From assembly GCA_964519305.1 (NCBI GenBank), contig CAZFHY010000024.1, positions 1 through 43,682 on the forward strand: a stretch of 43,682 nucleotides of DNA, written 5' to 3'. The notes beneath the pieces were generated by a model. It made no database searches, was not told where the DNA came from, and saw only the letters and a program-made list of their open reading frames with translations. Positions 7,320 to 19,040 of this stretch are shown here, piece by piece. Each line of letters starts with the position of its first letter. The stretch's first letter is position 1. Origin of the DNA: Candidatus Undinarchaeota archaeon. Lineage in GTDB: Archaea; SpSt-1190; JASMDC01. A program made the position numbers and the translations under genes.

Positions 7320-10229
7320 TCACAGCAGGTCGTCGTCGACCTCACGCTTGCGGCGCAGCAGGCGACTGACGTGAGTGTCTTTTTCCACAGGCTCGGGCGG
7401 GGGTGCAGGAGGTGGCGTTGGTCCCGGGACCTCTTCAGGGATCTCGTCGAGCAGCTCGTCGTCCAGGTCCATGGCGGGCGCGTCACCGGTCGTGAACGCT
7501 TCCACTTCTCGCGCTGCGCGTTTGGTGCGCAGCAGGCCTCCCATGGTCGGCGTATGGACCGGTTCCTCGGGCGCGGTCTCTGGCCGCCTGAAACGGGCCA
7601 GCAGCTTGTCCACGTCCTCCCGGCTCACGTACACGCGCCTGATGAGCACCTCAAGAGGGAGGAGGAGGAGGGCGGCGATGAACAGTCCGCGCCAGACCTC
7701 GTTGGGCGTGGACCGCTCCGCCGTCGGGGGCCGTGTGACCGCGGACCGAAGGCCAGCTTCGTCGAGAAGGGTACCTGTGGACGACACGGCGCGCAGCAGG
7801 TCCAGATCAGGCTCGAAAGCGCGCAGCTCGGCAGAATAGAGGATGGCCAGCCCCTCGTTGCCCGAGGCGACTATCTCACCGTCCTTTGTAGCTACCACCC
7901 GGGCGATGAACGATCCCACCTCGGCCGAGGCGAACTCGCCTGCGTACCGGCCCGGTGACACCTGCTCCAGATGGAGGGTGACCGCCGCGCCAGAGGGGGA
8001 TACTACCGTGGCGGTGACATCGGCACCGTTGAGGAGCAGGTCATCGGTACCCACGAGGTCCACGGTGAGCCGGTGGTGGTTCACACCCGCATCGTCGTGG
8101 AACACGGACATGCCGCGAGCGGCCTCACGCCGGGCAACCCACTTGATGGTCTGGGCCCAGAGCTTGGTATAGCCTTCCCATGGTAACCAGTCCCGGCCCC
8201 AGGCCGACTTGCAGTCCGAGGTGAACACAGCCGACTTCCCAAGGCCGTAACGCCAGGCGGCGATGAGCGGATCGTCCTTGTCCGCCACGGCGAGCACCTC
8301 GGCAGCCGCCTTGGGCTCGGTGATGACGTATCCATGGAGCGGTGGGACGCCCTCGGGATCGATGCCCCGGACCGCCGAGTGATCGGTGGCGATGGCCGGC
8401 GTGAACGTCCGGTCCACCACCATTGTCCGTGTGGCCTTGAGCGCCTCGTTGGTGAATATACGGGGGATGGCGACCGCGTCCAGTGTGTGGTAGAAACGTC
8501 CGTTCCCCCACCCGGCGATGTCCTGGAGTATCTTCACGTCAGCGTCGGCCCCTACGCCCACGGTTGTCACGGTGATGCCTTGCTCTGCCATCTCGGTGGT
8601 GACCTTCTTGAAGTCGCCAGGGGCGCTCTGGCCGTCGGTGAGCACGATAAGATGGCGTACGGGCAGGTACGTGTCAAGCAACGTTCGCTTGGCCTGCTCC
8701 ATGGCCGGGTAGAGGTTGGTACCGCCGCCGGCCTGGAGGGCAGCGATGGCATCCTCGATGACACCCTTCTGGAACGCGGGTGTGGGATGGACCACCCATG
8801 CAGCGCCGTCGTCGAAGGCGATGACGAACACGTAGTCGTTGGGATTGAGGAACTCGGTGACCCGGATGGCCGCTTCCTTGGCCATGTCCATCTTCGAGAC
8901 CAGGGGCTGCTGACCGTACTGCACTGCCGTGCCGGACCCATCGCCCATGCTCCCTGACTTGTCGATCACCAGACCGAGCACGGCCTCGCGACGCGGGTCC
9001 CGTCGCCGCGCGGACATGTTCACCGGGAGCGCACGCTCCACGGGTGTGTCCAGCCACCCGCCGGGGCCGAAGCTGTTGGTACCGCCCACCATCACGAGCC
9101 CGCCGCCGAGGTCGTGGACGTAGCTCTCGATGTTCTTCAGCTGGACGTCGGTGAGGTTGAAGGCCGACACGTCCGAGATGATGATGGCGTCGTAGGCGTC
9201 GAGCTCGCGAAGGCTGCCGGGGAAGTGAGAAGGCGACACGGCCGATACGTAGATGTCCTGGGCCTGCAACGCTTGCTCGAGATACTGTGATTCGCCCGGT
9301 GCTCCCTCCATATAGAGCACCGAGAAGTGTTCCTGTATCTTGACGAACGCCGAGCCGCGGTTATTCTCGTGCACGGTGTCGTTGAGCGCCACGGGGATCA
9401 ATAGGTCGTAGAAGTGCATTCCCGGCCCCCGGAGAGAACGGGTGAACCTGACGAGGTTGATGCCCTGCTGGAGCATGACCTCGCGGGCGTCGACCTGTGT
9501 ACCGTCCTCGTACAGCTCCACGCGGGCCGCGGTCGGGAGGGTCGCGGCGATGGTAGCGCGCACTTCAAAAGGCTCGGCGATGCGGGCGCGGGAAGGTGCG
9601 GACACCTCGCGGACCACGACCTCGCCCACACGCTCCCTGCCCAGGGGCACGGTGAGCACCTCCACTCCCTCGGTGCTCGCCCACTGCTGAGCCACAGCAG
9701 CACTGCCCTGGTTCTCGATGCCGTCGGTGAGGAGCACGACACGGCGTTCCGATGTGTCTGGGACGGCTGCGATGGCGAGGTTAAGGGCGCTGGCTATGTT
9801 GGTCGCGTGGGGACGCACTCGACTGGACACCTGGACGTCACCGGGACGCAGTTGTGTACGGGCCGGGACCTCCACCCATGCCTGCTCGCCGAACACGACC
9901 AGGGTCGAGATAGTTTCCTCGTCAAGCGACCTTGCCGCGCCACGGACCAGCTCGAGCCCGCGCTCCATACGTGTGGCGTTCCCGGCGGCCACACGCATGC
10001 TGTCCGATGCATCAAGGGCGAACACTACGCCAAGGGAGCGGTCGTTCGTGGGGAAGGATAGGCCTGCCAGGCCAAGTACCAGCACCGATGTGGCCAGAAG
10101 ACGCAGTATGAGAGTGACGGTGCTACGCCGGCCGTGTATGTCCGCGCCGCTGTTGCTCCAGCAGAAATGGACGGTCCACAGTGCGAAGGGGAGGAGCAGG
10201 AGCCACCATGGACGGAGGAGCTCGATCAC
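7320..10229 (-). CDS. Membrane protein with two VWA domains, an Ig-like domain and a class-I GATase-like (DUF1355-like) domain
   Basis: MIDAS 1: DASDS...TNI...LLTDG. MIDAS 2: DKSGS...GGGTNL...LTDG, inserted within the GATase-like YDAIIISDVSA...GGGLVMVGG..SFGPGGW..TPVERALPV. N- and C-terminal TM helices. Probable GTG start at 10229, just after the upstream stop. Confidence 0.85.
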   Translation of the reverse strand: MIELLRPWWLLLLPFALWTVHFCWSNSGADIHGRRSTVTLILRLLATSVLVLGLAGLSFPTNDRSLGVVFALDASDSMRVAAGNATRMERGLELVRGAARSLDEETISTLVVFGEQAWVEVPARTQLRPGDVQVSSRVRPHATNIASALNLAIAAVPDTSERRVVLLTDGIENQGSAAVAQQWASTEGVEVLTVPLGRERVGEVVVREVSAPSRARIAEPFEVRATIAATLPTAARVELYEDGTQVDAREVMLQQGINLVRFTRSLRGPGMHFYDLLIPVALNDTVHENNRGSAFVKIQEHFSVLYMEGAPGESQYLEQALQAQDIYVSAVSPSHFPGSLRELDAYDAIIISDVSAFNLTDVQLKNIESYVHDLGGGLVMVGGTNSFGPGGWLDTPVERALPVNMSARRRDPRREAVLGLVIDKSGSMGDGSGTAVQYGQQPLVSKMDMAKEAAIRVTEFLNPNDYVFVIAFDDGAAWVVHPTPAFQKGVIEDAIAALQAGGGTNLYPAMEQAKRTLLDTYLPVRHLIVLTDGQSAPGDFKKVTTEMAEQGITVTTVGVGADADVKILQDIAGWGNGRFYHTLDAVAIPRIFTNEALKATRTMVVDRTFTPAIATDHSAVRGIDPEGVPPLHGYVITEPKAAAEVLAVADKDDPLIAAWRYGLGKSAVFTSDCKSAWGRDWLPWEGYTKLWAQTIKWVARREAARGMSVFHDDAGVNHHRLTVDLVGTDDLLLNGADVTATVVSPSGAAVTLHLEQVSPGRYAGEFASAEVGSFIARVVATKDGEIVASGNEGLAILYSAELRAFEPDLDLLRAVSSTGTLLDEAGLRSAVTRPPTAERSTPNEVWRGLFIAALLLLPLEVLIRRVYVSREDVDKLLARFRRPETAPEEPVHTPTMGGLLRTKRAAREVEAFTTGDAPAMDLDDELLDEIPEEVPGPTPPPAPPPEPVEKDTHVSRLLRRKREVDDDLL

Positions 10230-10230
10230 G

Positions 10231-12150
10231 TCAGACCCCCCATAAATGGTACGCGGCCCACTCGCCAAGAAGGAGCGCCAGGGCCAACAGGCCAAGGATC
10301 CGCCACAGCTCCCGGGGCCGCTCCACTGCCTCGTTCATTCGCTCCGCATCCACGGCGGTCGCCTGGGGCACGGCAACGACGGTGAGGTTGGACTCGTCGC
10401 GGCTGGCGAGGTTCACGGCGAACCGTGCAGATGCATCACCGGAGCGCACCTCGTACACGCCAGTGTGGCCGATGACCGGATAGAGCGCTTCGCCGTTGGC
10501 AGGGTCCAGGGGTGATTCCTGTCCGTCAGGACCCACGACCACAGCCTTGTCATCCACAGCGCCGACCCGCACCACGTCGCCCACGCGCACGTTCGAGGCG
10601 CTGAGGTACACACCGGTGCGTGACGCGGCGCTACGCTCCCCGAGCCAGCGCACGGCCCGGGTCCAGAATATGGGGAACGATACGCGGAAGGGGAAGTCAG
10701 AGTCCGCCGGGTCGGCCGAGACGGCGAAGAACAGGCTGCGCGTCATGTTCTCGTCGTCGAGTGACGCAATTACGCCTTCCCGGCTGCGGATGAGGACTTC
10801 CGCGCCCGGGCGCTCGGTGGCGTTCACCAGGCGTAGCATCCTCAGGTCGAAAGCACCGGAGAACCGCAGGAGCGGGTGGCTCTCGGCCCAGTCCACGACC
10901 TCGGCAGCATCGATGATGTCGGCGAGACGGGCGGGTACGAGCTCGGGCGGGTCAGCGACAGGGCAGCCCAGGCACGCGACACCCTTGCCCGCCATATCAG
11001 TACCTGGAGGCAGTATCATGGGCACACCGTTGAAGAGCACGACGTCGTACCGGTCGATGTCGGCCAATCCCAGAGCGTCCGGTGTTACGTGGGTGACACG
11101 GACCTTTTCGTCGGTGGCCAGGGCACGGTCCAGGAAGCCTTCCCTGTAGGACACGTGGAGCACGCGCACAACGTCCTCGCCCGGGACCACGAAATGGGCC
11201 ATATCGTCCACCGCAAGAGCGTCGCCCGTCCCCAGCTCGATGCGAAGTACGTGCTCCTCGGTGTCGGAGATCTCCTCCTCTAGTAGTAGCCCTGCCGCGC
11301 TCCCGGCAGGGACGTGGACGGTGCGGTGGGCCAGCGGTGCCTCGTCCAGCAGGAGGGTGAGGGGAGCGTCAGCGTCATCTGTGCCGTAGTTACGCACCTG
11401 GAGGAACACCTGGACAAGGTACGGATTGAAGGGCTCGCGCCGGGCGTCAACGGCGGTGATGGCCAGGTTCGGTCCCGGACCGCCGACTGGTACATGGACC
11501 AACCGGGTGGCGTTGTCGGCGAACCGCGGGAGGGCCGCGAACGACGAACCGCGCGTATTCCGTCCATCACTGATCAGGAAGAGGGCCCGCTGACGGTCCG
11601 GCTCACGCTTCAGTGAGGCGGCGAGGACGACAGCGTCGGCCAGTGCGCTCTCTCCGTGGCTCTGCTCCACATCGGCTATTGCACTGGCGGCGCGCGATGC
11701 GCTGCCCGTGGGCTCGCACAGGATGCGCGGTGCTGAGGATGCCTCGATGATGGCCGTGCGGTCCTGCGAACCCATGCGGCCGACGATGGCCAGCGCTGCC
11801 GAGCGGGCGACCGCCAGGCGGGATGCGCCATCCTCCTCGGCGGCCATAGAAGCGGAAGCGTCGATGATGACTACGAGGTCCGATGGGGCGGACGCGCGCA
11901 CCGCCAGATAGGGCCGGGCCAGTGCAAGAACGACAAGGATGAGGAAGAGCACTTGGAGGAGCAGGAGAAGGATACGGTGGAGGCGCTGGAACAGGGTGTT
12001 CACCCGTTCGTCGCGGACGAACTCGTCGATGAGCAGGACGGAGGATATGGTAACACGCTTGCGGCGCAGCTTGAGGAAGTAGAGGAGTATAAGGAAGGGG
12101 ATGACCGCTGCATAGCGGAGCGAATCCGGTGCGAAGAGGCCGTAGCTCAC
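10231..12150 (-). CDS. BatA N-terminal double-TM plus VWA domain protein
   Basis: IPFLILLYFLKLRRKRVTISS...LLLLLQVLFLILVVLALARP (BatA), MIDAS DASAS...ISDG, C-terminal RELWRILGLLALALLLGEW TM; GTGA overlap at 12147-12150. Confidence 0.85.
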   Translation of the reverse strand: MSYGLFAPDSLRYAAVIPFLILLYFLKLRRKRVTISSVLLIDEFVRDERVNTLFQRLHRILLLLLQVLFLILVVLALARPYLAVRASAPSDLVVIIDASASMAAEEDGASRLAVARSAALAIVGRMGSQDRTAIIEASSAPRILCEPTGSASRAASAIADVEQSHGESALADAVVLAASLKREPDRQRALFLISDGRNTRGSSFAALPRFADNATRLVHVPVGGPGPNLAITAVDARREPFNPYLVQVFLQVRNYGTDDADAPLTLLLDEAPLAHRTVHVPAGSAAGLLLEEEISDTEEHVLRIELGTGDALAVDDMAHFVVPGEDVVRVLHVSYREGFLDRALATDEKVRVTHVTPDALGLADIDRYDVVLFNGVPMILPPGTDMAGKGVACLGCPVADPPELVPARLADIIDAAEVVDWAESHPLLRFSGAFDLRMLRLVNATERPGAEVLIRSREGVIASLDDENMTRSLFFAVSADPADSDFPFRVSFPIFWTRAVRWLGERSAASRTGVYLSASNVRVGDVVRVGAVDDKAVVVGPDGQESPLDPANGEALYPVIGHTGVYEVRSGDASARFAVNLASRDESNLTVVAVPQATAVDAERMNEAVERPRELWRILGLLALALLLGEWAAYHLWGV

Positions 12151-13027
12151 CTGAGCATCCGCCTCCTGACAAGATAGGCTATGATCGCCCGCTCGAAGGG
12201 TACCGAGGTGTCCACACCGACGTACTGCGCACCCACCGAGGAGCATTTCTCCTTCATCCGGTGACAGAAACCCTCGACGGCATGGCTGTAGACGGCGGCC
12301 ATGCGACGGTTGACTGACACCTCGCGCCGCTCACCCGTCTCGCAGTCCACCACCGCCACATCCCCCCGGACAGGGAGCGTCCGTTCCTCGGGCGTGAGGA
12401 GATGGAAAACGATGATGTCGTTCTTCCGGTACCGCAGACGCGCCAGTCCCTTCTCGAGTCCCGTGGGGTCCAGCAGGTCCGAGATGAGCACCACCAGCCC
12501 GCTGCGCTTGGTGAGCTGAGCGTACCGTGTGAGGCAGTGGTCGAGGTCCGTGGGCCCTTCGGCCTCGACTCTATTTAGCATGTCGAGGATGGAGAGGATC
12601 TGTGCCCGCCCACGTCGGGGCGCCACGCCCGTCCCGAGCCCTTCACCGATCGCCGTCACACCGGCCCGGTCGAGGTTAGCTAGCGAGATATACGAGAGGG
12701 CCGCTGCTATGTGAGTACCGTAGTCGAGCTTGGACGTACCCTCCCCGTATCCCATGGAACCGCTGGTGTCGAGCAGCACGTGGAGCGTTAGATCGCGCTC
12801 CTCCTCGAAGGTCTTGATGAACAGCCGGTCCAGCCGGGCGTAGGCGTTCCAGTCCAGATGTTTGAGCTCGTCGCCCTTGATATAATCCTTGTAGTCGGCG
12901 AACTCCATGGACACGCCCTTCACCCTGCTACGGTGCTCGCCCCGAAGGAGCGAGTTCACGATGACCTTGGAAGCGACCCGAAGACGCTTGAGACGTGCGA
13001 GGAAGGTCGGGTCTAGAAGGTCCCTGG

Positions 13028-13031
<4 letters not shown>
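12147..13031 (-). CDS. DUF58 family protein (MoxR-associated, VWA-like)
   Basis: GEHRSRVKGVSMEFADYKDYIKGDELKHLDWNAYARLDRLFIKTFEEE, DTSGSM, ISDL; ATGA overlap with the moxR stop. Confidence 0.92.
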
Positions 13032-14042
<1,011 letters not shown>

Positions 14043-14050
<8 letters not shown>

Positions 14051-15998
14051 CAGCCTCCCCGCCCTGAGCGGCGAGGTCGCCGAAGTACTTCTTCACGATC
14101 ATCTTGTAGCCATAGGGGATGGTCTCTCGTGACATCGCGTCCTCTACAGCATGAGAATAATAGCCTTCCGTGGCCTGGAAGACAGGCCTGTCGTACGAAC
14201 CGCCAATGCCAGCGTCGACACGGCCGCGTTCCGTACCTATACTGATGCCCGGACGGAGGGCGTGGTCCGTGGTGCTCCCGGCCACCGTCGCCCCGTCCCG
14301 TGACATCGTGCCGCCCGTATACTCACGGGTAAGCCGTTCCGTGACCGAATCTGACTGTCGGTCCTCGCCCGTGCCCGCGGCGCTGCCCGGCATCACACCG
14401 GCGGAGGTCTGGCCTGCGCCACTGCCCAGTCCCTGTCCTGGGCCTTGCCCTGAACCCTGTCCCTGACCTTGCCCTGCACCGGAGCCCTGCCCGCTGCCCT
14501 GGCCTTGACCTTGCCCAGTACCGGAGCCCTGTCCTGCACCCTGGCCTTGACCTTGCCCTGTACCGGAGCCCTGTCCTGAACCCTGTCCTTGACCTTGCCC
14601 TGTGCCGGAGCCCTGTCCTGAACCCTGCCCCTGCTGGCCGCTCCCGGTACCGGGGCCCTGTCCTGTACCCTGCCCCTGCTGCCCGCCGGGAGGACGCTGG
14701 TAGTATACGCCGTAGTTACGGGCGGAGCGCAGATCGGACCCTATGTCACGACGCATCTGGCCCAGGGACGTCCCCGTGCGGGCCAGTTCCCGGGAGATGG
14801 CGATCTGGATAGCGGCGTCAAGGAGCTCGTCACCTGCCCGCTGGAGTGCAACGCCCGCACGGTTGATGTCGTCGGTGGTGGTGGCACCCTTGGTGATGCG
14901 CCCGCCCGAGCGCAGTTCGGCGCCCGCGGCAGTGAAAACGCCCTTGCTCGCCAGCTCATCGCCCGCGCGCTCCAGGCTGCTCCCGGGATCTGTGAGGTTC
15001 TCTGCGGGCATTGTGATCATGCTGCGCATCCGGGTCCCTGCGAGCTTGAGCGCGACGGCTCCGGCGACATATTCCTCGTTGATGATATGGCGGGCCGCGG
15101 TAACGAGTTCGTTGCCAAGGCCTTTACCAGCTTCCTCAAGGTGTTTTGCGGCCTTGATCGCGGCCCCCCGATAATCAGCCTCGGGAAGGAGATCGTCGCC
15201 GATCTCACCGAGTTCCTGCTCAAGGGAGGCGATCTCCTCCTGGAGCTCTTGGGCCACGTCCTCATAGTCGTCCCCCTTGGCCGACCGGGCCTTGTCCGCC
15301 GCCTGTCGGAGCCGCTTGAGGGCTTCCTCGATACGCGGGGCCTCCGTGGCATTGGGTGATGTACGGTTCTGGAGGCGCTCGGCGAGCTCTTCGAGCTGAT
15401 CGCCCGTCTCTTTGAGCTCGTCGGCCTTCGCCTTTCTGAATGCGATGGCAGCAGCGTCCGGGCGCTGGTGGTACACGTCGTCGTAAGGCACCATGGCCAG
15501 GATGAGGAGGACGATGAGGCAGGGCACGATGAGCTTGGCCTCGTTGGGTGGTACGAAGGGGATGGCGGACACCACGTTGACATCGTCGCCATGGTCGGCC
15601 GCGTCCACGACCAGGGACTGGGTGAACAGTCCCGAGATGTCCCTTTCCACGACCTCGAGCGCAGAGCTGAGCCGTTCCTGCAGCTCGGGAACGTTGCGTT
15701 CAACTGCACGGACAGCGCTATGGAGGGACGGTCGCCAGAGCCAGCCGATGAGCGCACCTGTTGCCACGCCCGCGAGCACGAGGGCGGGGACCACGGGCCG
15801 GTCCTCCAGGGTCCCAAGATAGGCAAGGACGTCTAAGAGTGAAACGACCACGGCCGCGACCAGGGCGTAAGCAAGGTATCTGAGCACCTCGACCTGGACC
15901 GATACGCGTCTGGCGCGTGTGCGGGCGCGCTCGGCCACGACCTCTACATGACGGTCTGGTTGACGCCTCACCGGGACACTCTCCGGAGTAGTGGGCAT
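14043..15998 (-). CDS. Membrane-anchored coiled-coil protein with a Gly/Gln-rich repeat region (MoxR-cluster accessory type)
   Basis: Three N-terminal TM helices around PELQERLSSALE, long helical region, GQG repeats, C-terminal EDAMSRETIPYGYKMIVKKYF. Probable start ATG 15998, because the longer ORF overlaps the ABC gene. Confidence 0.8.
14430..14687 (-). repeat. Degenerate 42-bp coding repeat (GQGQGQGSGQGSGT x ~5)
   Basis: Repeated ccttgaccttgccctg...ccggagccctgtcctg units visible in the DNA; boundaries approximate. Confidence 0.9.
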
Positions 15999-16074
15999 AT
16001 CAGTATAGAGTTGTGTAGTTCGTAGCTCATGTACCTTTCGTCCCGGCCTGCTGGCGCCATGACAACCACGGACA

Positions 16075-17001
16075 CTACGACACGATACCCTTGGTGATCT
16101 TGAGGAAGGCGTCGTCGAGCTTCGTCTCCCGTTCGTGGAACGAAACGAGACGCACGCCCTCGCCCACAAGGGCCTTCACGAGGCGGGGGCAGGTCTCCCT
16201 GTCACCGGTGAACTTGACCAGGAGCTTGTCATTACCCACAACCTTGATGCCGGCGACGCAGTCGATACCGTGGAGGATGCGTTCCGTCTTCTTGAGGTCC
16301 TGTTTCATGACCTCGAGCTCTACGATGTTGTGCTGGGCGGCCGCCTCGAGTATGTCCTCCATGGAGCCGTGTTTGATGAGCTTCCCCTGCTCGATAATGG
16401 CCAGTGAGTCGCAGATACCTTCTAGGTCGGGGAGGATGTGTGACGAGATGAAGATGGTCTTGCCCATCTTCCGCAGTTCCTTGAGCAGCTCGCGCAGCTC
16501 GATGCGGGCACGCGGGTCAACTCCCGAGGCAGGCTCGTCGAGCAGGAGCACTTGAGGATCGTGGACCAGCGTCTTGGCGATACCCAGTCGCTGACGCATA
16601 CCACGAGAGAGCGAGCTGATCAGGGCTCGACGCTTTCCCCGGAGGTCCACGAGGTCCAGCAGGTCCCGGATGACCGAAGGGCGTTGTGCGATGCGGTACA
16701 CCCGGCCGAAGAAGTCCATGTACTCCTCGACCGTCATGTCCTCGTAGAATCCCATGTTCTCGGGCATGAACCCCATGATCTTGCGGATCTCGACCTGCTC
16801 GGTCATAAGGTCGAACCCACCGACCTTTGCAGTACCCGCAGTGGGAGGGATGAGCGTTGAGAGCATCTTGAGGGTTGTGGTCTTCCCGGCGCCGTTGGGT
16901 CCTACGTACCCGCAGATCTCCCCGTCGCCTATCGTGAGCTTGAGCTCGTCGACAGCGACTATATCGTCGTACACCTTTCTGAGACCTTCGATCTCTATCA
17001 T
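16075..17001 (-). CDS. ABC transporter ATP-binding protein (ABC-2/GldA-like)
   Basis: GPNGAGKT, LSRGMRQR, LLLDEP, SSH; C-terminal LDDAFLKITKG. Confidence 0.95.
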   Translation of the reverse strand: MIEIEGLRKVYDDIVAVDELKLTIGDGEICGYVGPNGAGKTTTLKMLSTLIPPTAGTAKVGGFDLMTEQVEIRKIMGFMPENMGFYEDMTVEEYMDFFGRVYRIAQRPSVIRDLLDLVDLRGKRRALISSLSRGMRQRLGIAKTLVHDPQVLLLDEPASGVDPRARIELRELLKELRKMGKTIFISSHILPDLEGICDSLAIIEQGKLIKHGSMEDILEAAAQHNIVELEVMKQDLKKTERILHGIDCVAGIKVVGNDKLLVKFTGDRETCPRLVKALVGEGVRLVSFHERETKLDDAFLKITKGIVS

Positions 17002-18956
17002 GGGGATACCTCCACGGGGAAGGACCGGACACAGCCCATGAATCCGTCAACCCTGCTCCCCGGTGACGGGTTCACGACCACATCGAAGAAGTGCTTGCGT
17101 ATGTCCGCGCTATCGATGCGGTAGTTGAGGCCTCCCGAGGAGCGGGACATGCAGTTGGACAATAGCTCGCGCATCTCCTCCAGTTCCTCGGTCGAGATGT
17201 CCTCGGGCATGCTCTCGAGCACGGAGTATGGATCGAACCGTTTGCACGCTGGGCTGAGTGCGGCCAGGTCCGCGGTCTCGCCTGGAGCGAGGTCGCCCAC
17301 CGATGCCATGTACCGGCGTCCGCCCGCGACGTAGATGTCCTGGAGAGTGTATGGGGACAGGTTGGTAATAGTCCCCGATGCAACACATTCATACCGGCCC
17401 ACGGGTTTGAGGGTGACATCCCCCTGCACCACGTCATGTGACGCGAAGGTCCTGACAAGTTGCATATCGGCAGACCAAGTTCCCAGTTTCATCTCTTCCG
17501 TGGTCACTCCGTCGTCGGTGAAGCTCTTGAAGTTCTTGACCGGGTACGTTGATCCCCCTGTATAGCTGACCTCGTAGGACCTTTCTGAGGGGGAGAAGAG
17601 AATGAGCTTGGAGACCACCTCGTGATTGGGAAGGCCGTAGGTGATTACGTCCATGCTAAGGACGTGCGCTACCACGCTCGAGCTCCTGAACCAGATCCCG
17701 TAGAATACGATGAGCAGGGAGAATAACACGGCCACTACCGGGATGGACAGGAAGTTACGCCAGTACTTCTTGCGGCGTGCGAAGACCAGATAGTTGATCG
17801 GACCGATGAGCAGCACGTAAGCGAGCAGAACGGTGGTTATGAACAAGCGGGATGGCGGGCGCACCTCCTGGAGGTAGGCCTGCTTGGTCCAGAGCATCTC
17901 TCGCTCCTGTGCGGGGATGGCGTCGAGGAATGCCTTCCAGAACAGCTCGCGGTCGATAAGGCGGTCCACGGCGCTGTTGTAGCCCGCGTCAAATGCGAGG
18001 AACATGACATGGCCGCGCCCGAACCGGCCGAGCACGGCCAGCGGATACTGCTTCCCATCGTCCTTGAAAGTGGATAATACGTCCTTGACCTCACCACGGG
18101 GAAGTGCTCGGACGACGTTCATGGGGGTGGCCATGGTGGCCATCTCCTGACGTAGCTCGTCCCGGGCCTGTGCGAGTAGGCCGTAGGTGTTGATGTCATC
18201 GCCCGAGACCGTAGTGTACTCGCCCAGGGTCACGGGCAGTAAGTTCTCTACGAAGGTCCCGCGGACGCTAGCATGGTACCGGCCCGTCGAAACGACGAGG
18301 GCACCCCCGGTGGCAACGAACGTGCGCAGAGCATCGATCTGGGCCGTGGAGAGGCTCGACAGGTCGCCTCCCTTGAGCGCACCCCCGTTGATGATGACGC
18401 CGCGGAACATCTCGTACCCGATCGGGGTATCGGGCAGACTGTCAGTGTTGGTGTGGACCGTTTCGAGGTCATTGAGGACATCAATGTACTTGAGTGAACT
18501 GCCGGTCTCGTCCAGTACGAGGAAGGATGTGTCCTTGCGCAACTGCTGGAGACTGACGTTGACAGCATGCTCCTTGCCACTGAGCGTGACGACGATCTCG
18601 AATGTGGTGGGCACGACCCGGTCCATTAACAGGGGGAGGTCGTACTTCTTGCTGGACCGGCCGGGGACCGTGAGCGGGCGACTGCCGACGATCACGACCA
18701 TGGACTCTCGCCGGCCGCGTGTGTAGGTAGGGGCATGAACGCGTGCCTGGAATGTACCCGTCAGGTCACCAAGGTCCGGGTTCTCGATGACGGCCGATAC
18801 GGTCATCCACTCGTTCCGGCGGTATCGCGTCTGGAGCCCGTCGTCAAGGATGGATATCTTGGGCGCGGCCACGGCCAGGACCAACGCAAGGATCAGCATC
18901 ACGAGCACAAGGCGTAATGGTCGCGTTATCCTTCCCCTCCGGTCATGCCACGGCAT
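16998..18956 (-). CDS. Membrane protein with an extracellular GATase-like domain and an internal double-TM hairpin (ABC accessory)
   Basis: Signal/TM helix; LPDTPIGYEMFRGVII...LSTAQIDALRTFVATGGALVVSTG...LLPV...GRGHVMFLAFD; then AYVLLIGPINYLVFARRKK...IPVVAVLFSLL. ATGA overlap with the ABC gene. Start uncertain (18956 or 18974). Confidence 0.75.
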   Translation of the reverse strand: MPWHDRRGRITRPLRLVLVMLILALVLAVAAPKISILDDGLQTRYRRNEWMTVSAVIENPDLGDLTGTFQARVHAPTYTRGRRESMVVIVGSRPLTVPGRSSKKYDLPLLMDRVVPTTFEIVVTLSGKEHAVNVSLQQLRKDTSFLVLDETGSSLKYIDVLNDLETVHTNTDSLPDTPIGYEMFRGVIINGGALKGGDLSSLSTAQIDALRTFVATGGALVVSTGRYHASVRGTFVENLLPVTLGEYTTVSGDDINTYGLLAQARDELRQEMATMATPMNVVRALPRGEVKDVLSTFKDDGKQYPLAVLGRFGRGHVMFLAFDAGYNSAVDRLIDRELFWKAFLDAIPAQEREMLWTKQAYLQEVRPPSRLFITTVLLAYVLLIGPINYLVFARRKKYWRNFLSIPVVAVLFSLLIVFYGIWFRSSSVVAHVLSMDVITYGLPNHEVVSKLILFSPSERSYEVSYTGGSTYPVKNFKSFTDDGVTTEEMKLGTWSADMQLVRTFASHDVVQGDVTLKPVGRYECVASGTITNLSPYTLQDIYVAGGRRYMASVGDLAPGETADLAALSPACKRFDPYSVLESMPEDISTEELEEMRELLSNCMSRSSGGLNYRIDSADIRKHFFDVVVNPSPGSRVDGFMGCVRSFPVEVSP

Positions 18957-18979
18957 TGACACTGTATGGAACAAAGGTA

Positions 18980-19030
18980 CGGTTAGCTTTTAATTTGTTC
19001 TTGCCGCGGGCCAACGCTGATAAAGCTTGC
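18980..19030. promoter_or_regulatory. Divergent promoter region with AT-rich TATA-like elements
   Basis: agcttttaattt (~18985) and gataaagctt (~19019) lie between divergent genes. Confidence 0.45.
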
Positions 19031-19040
19031 ACCCCTCCCT

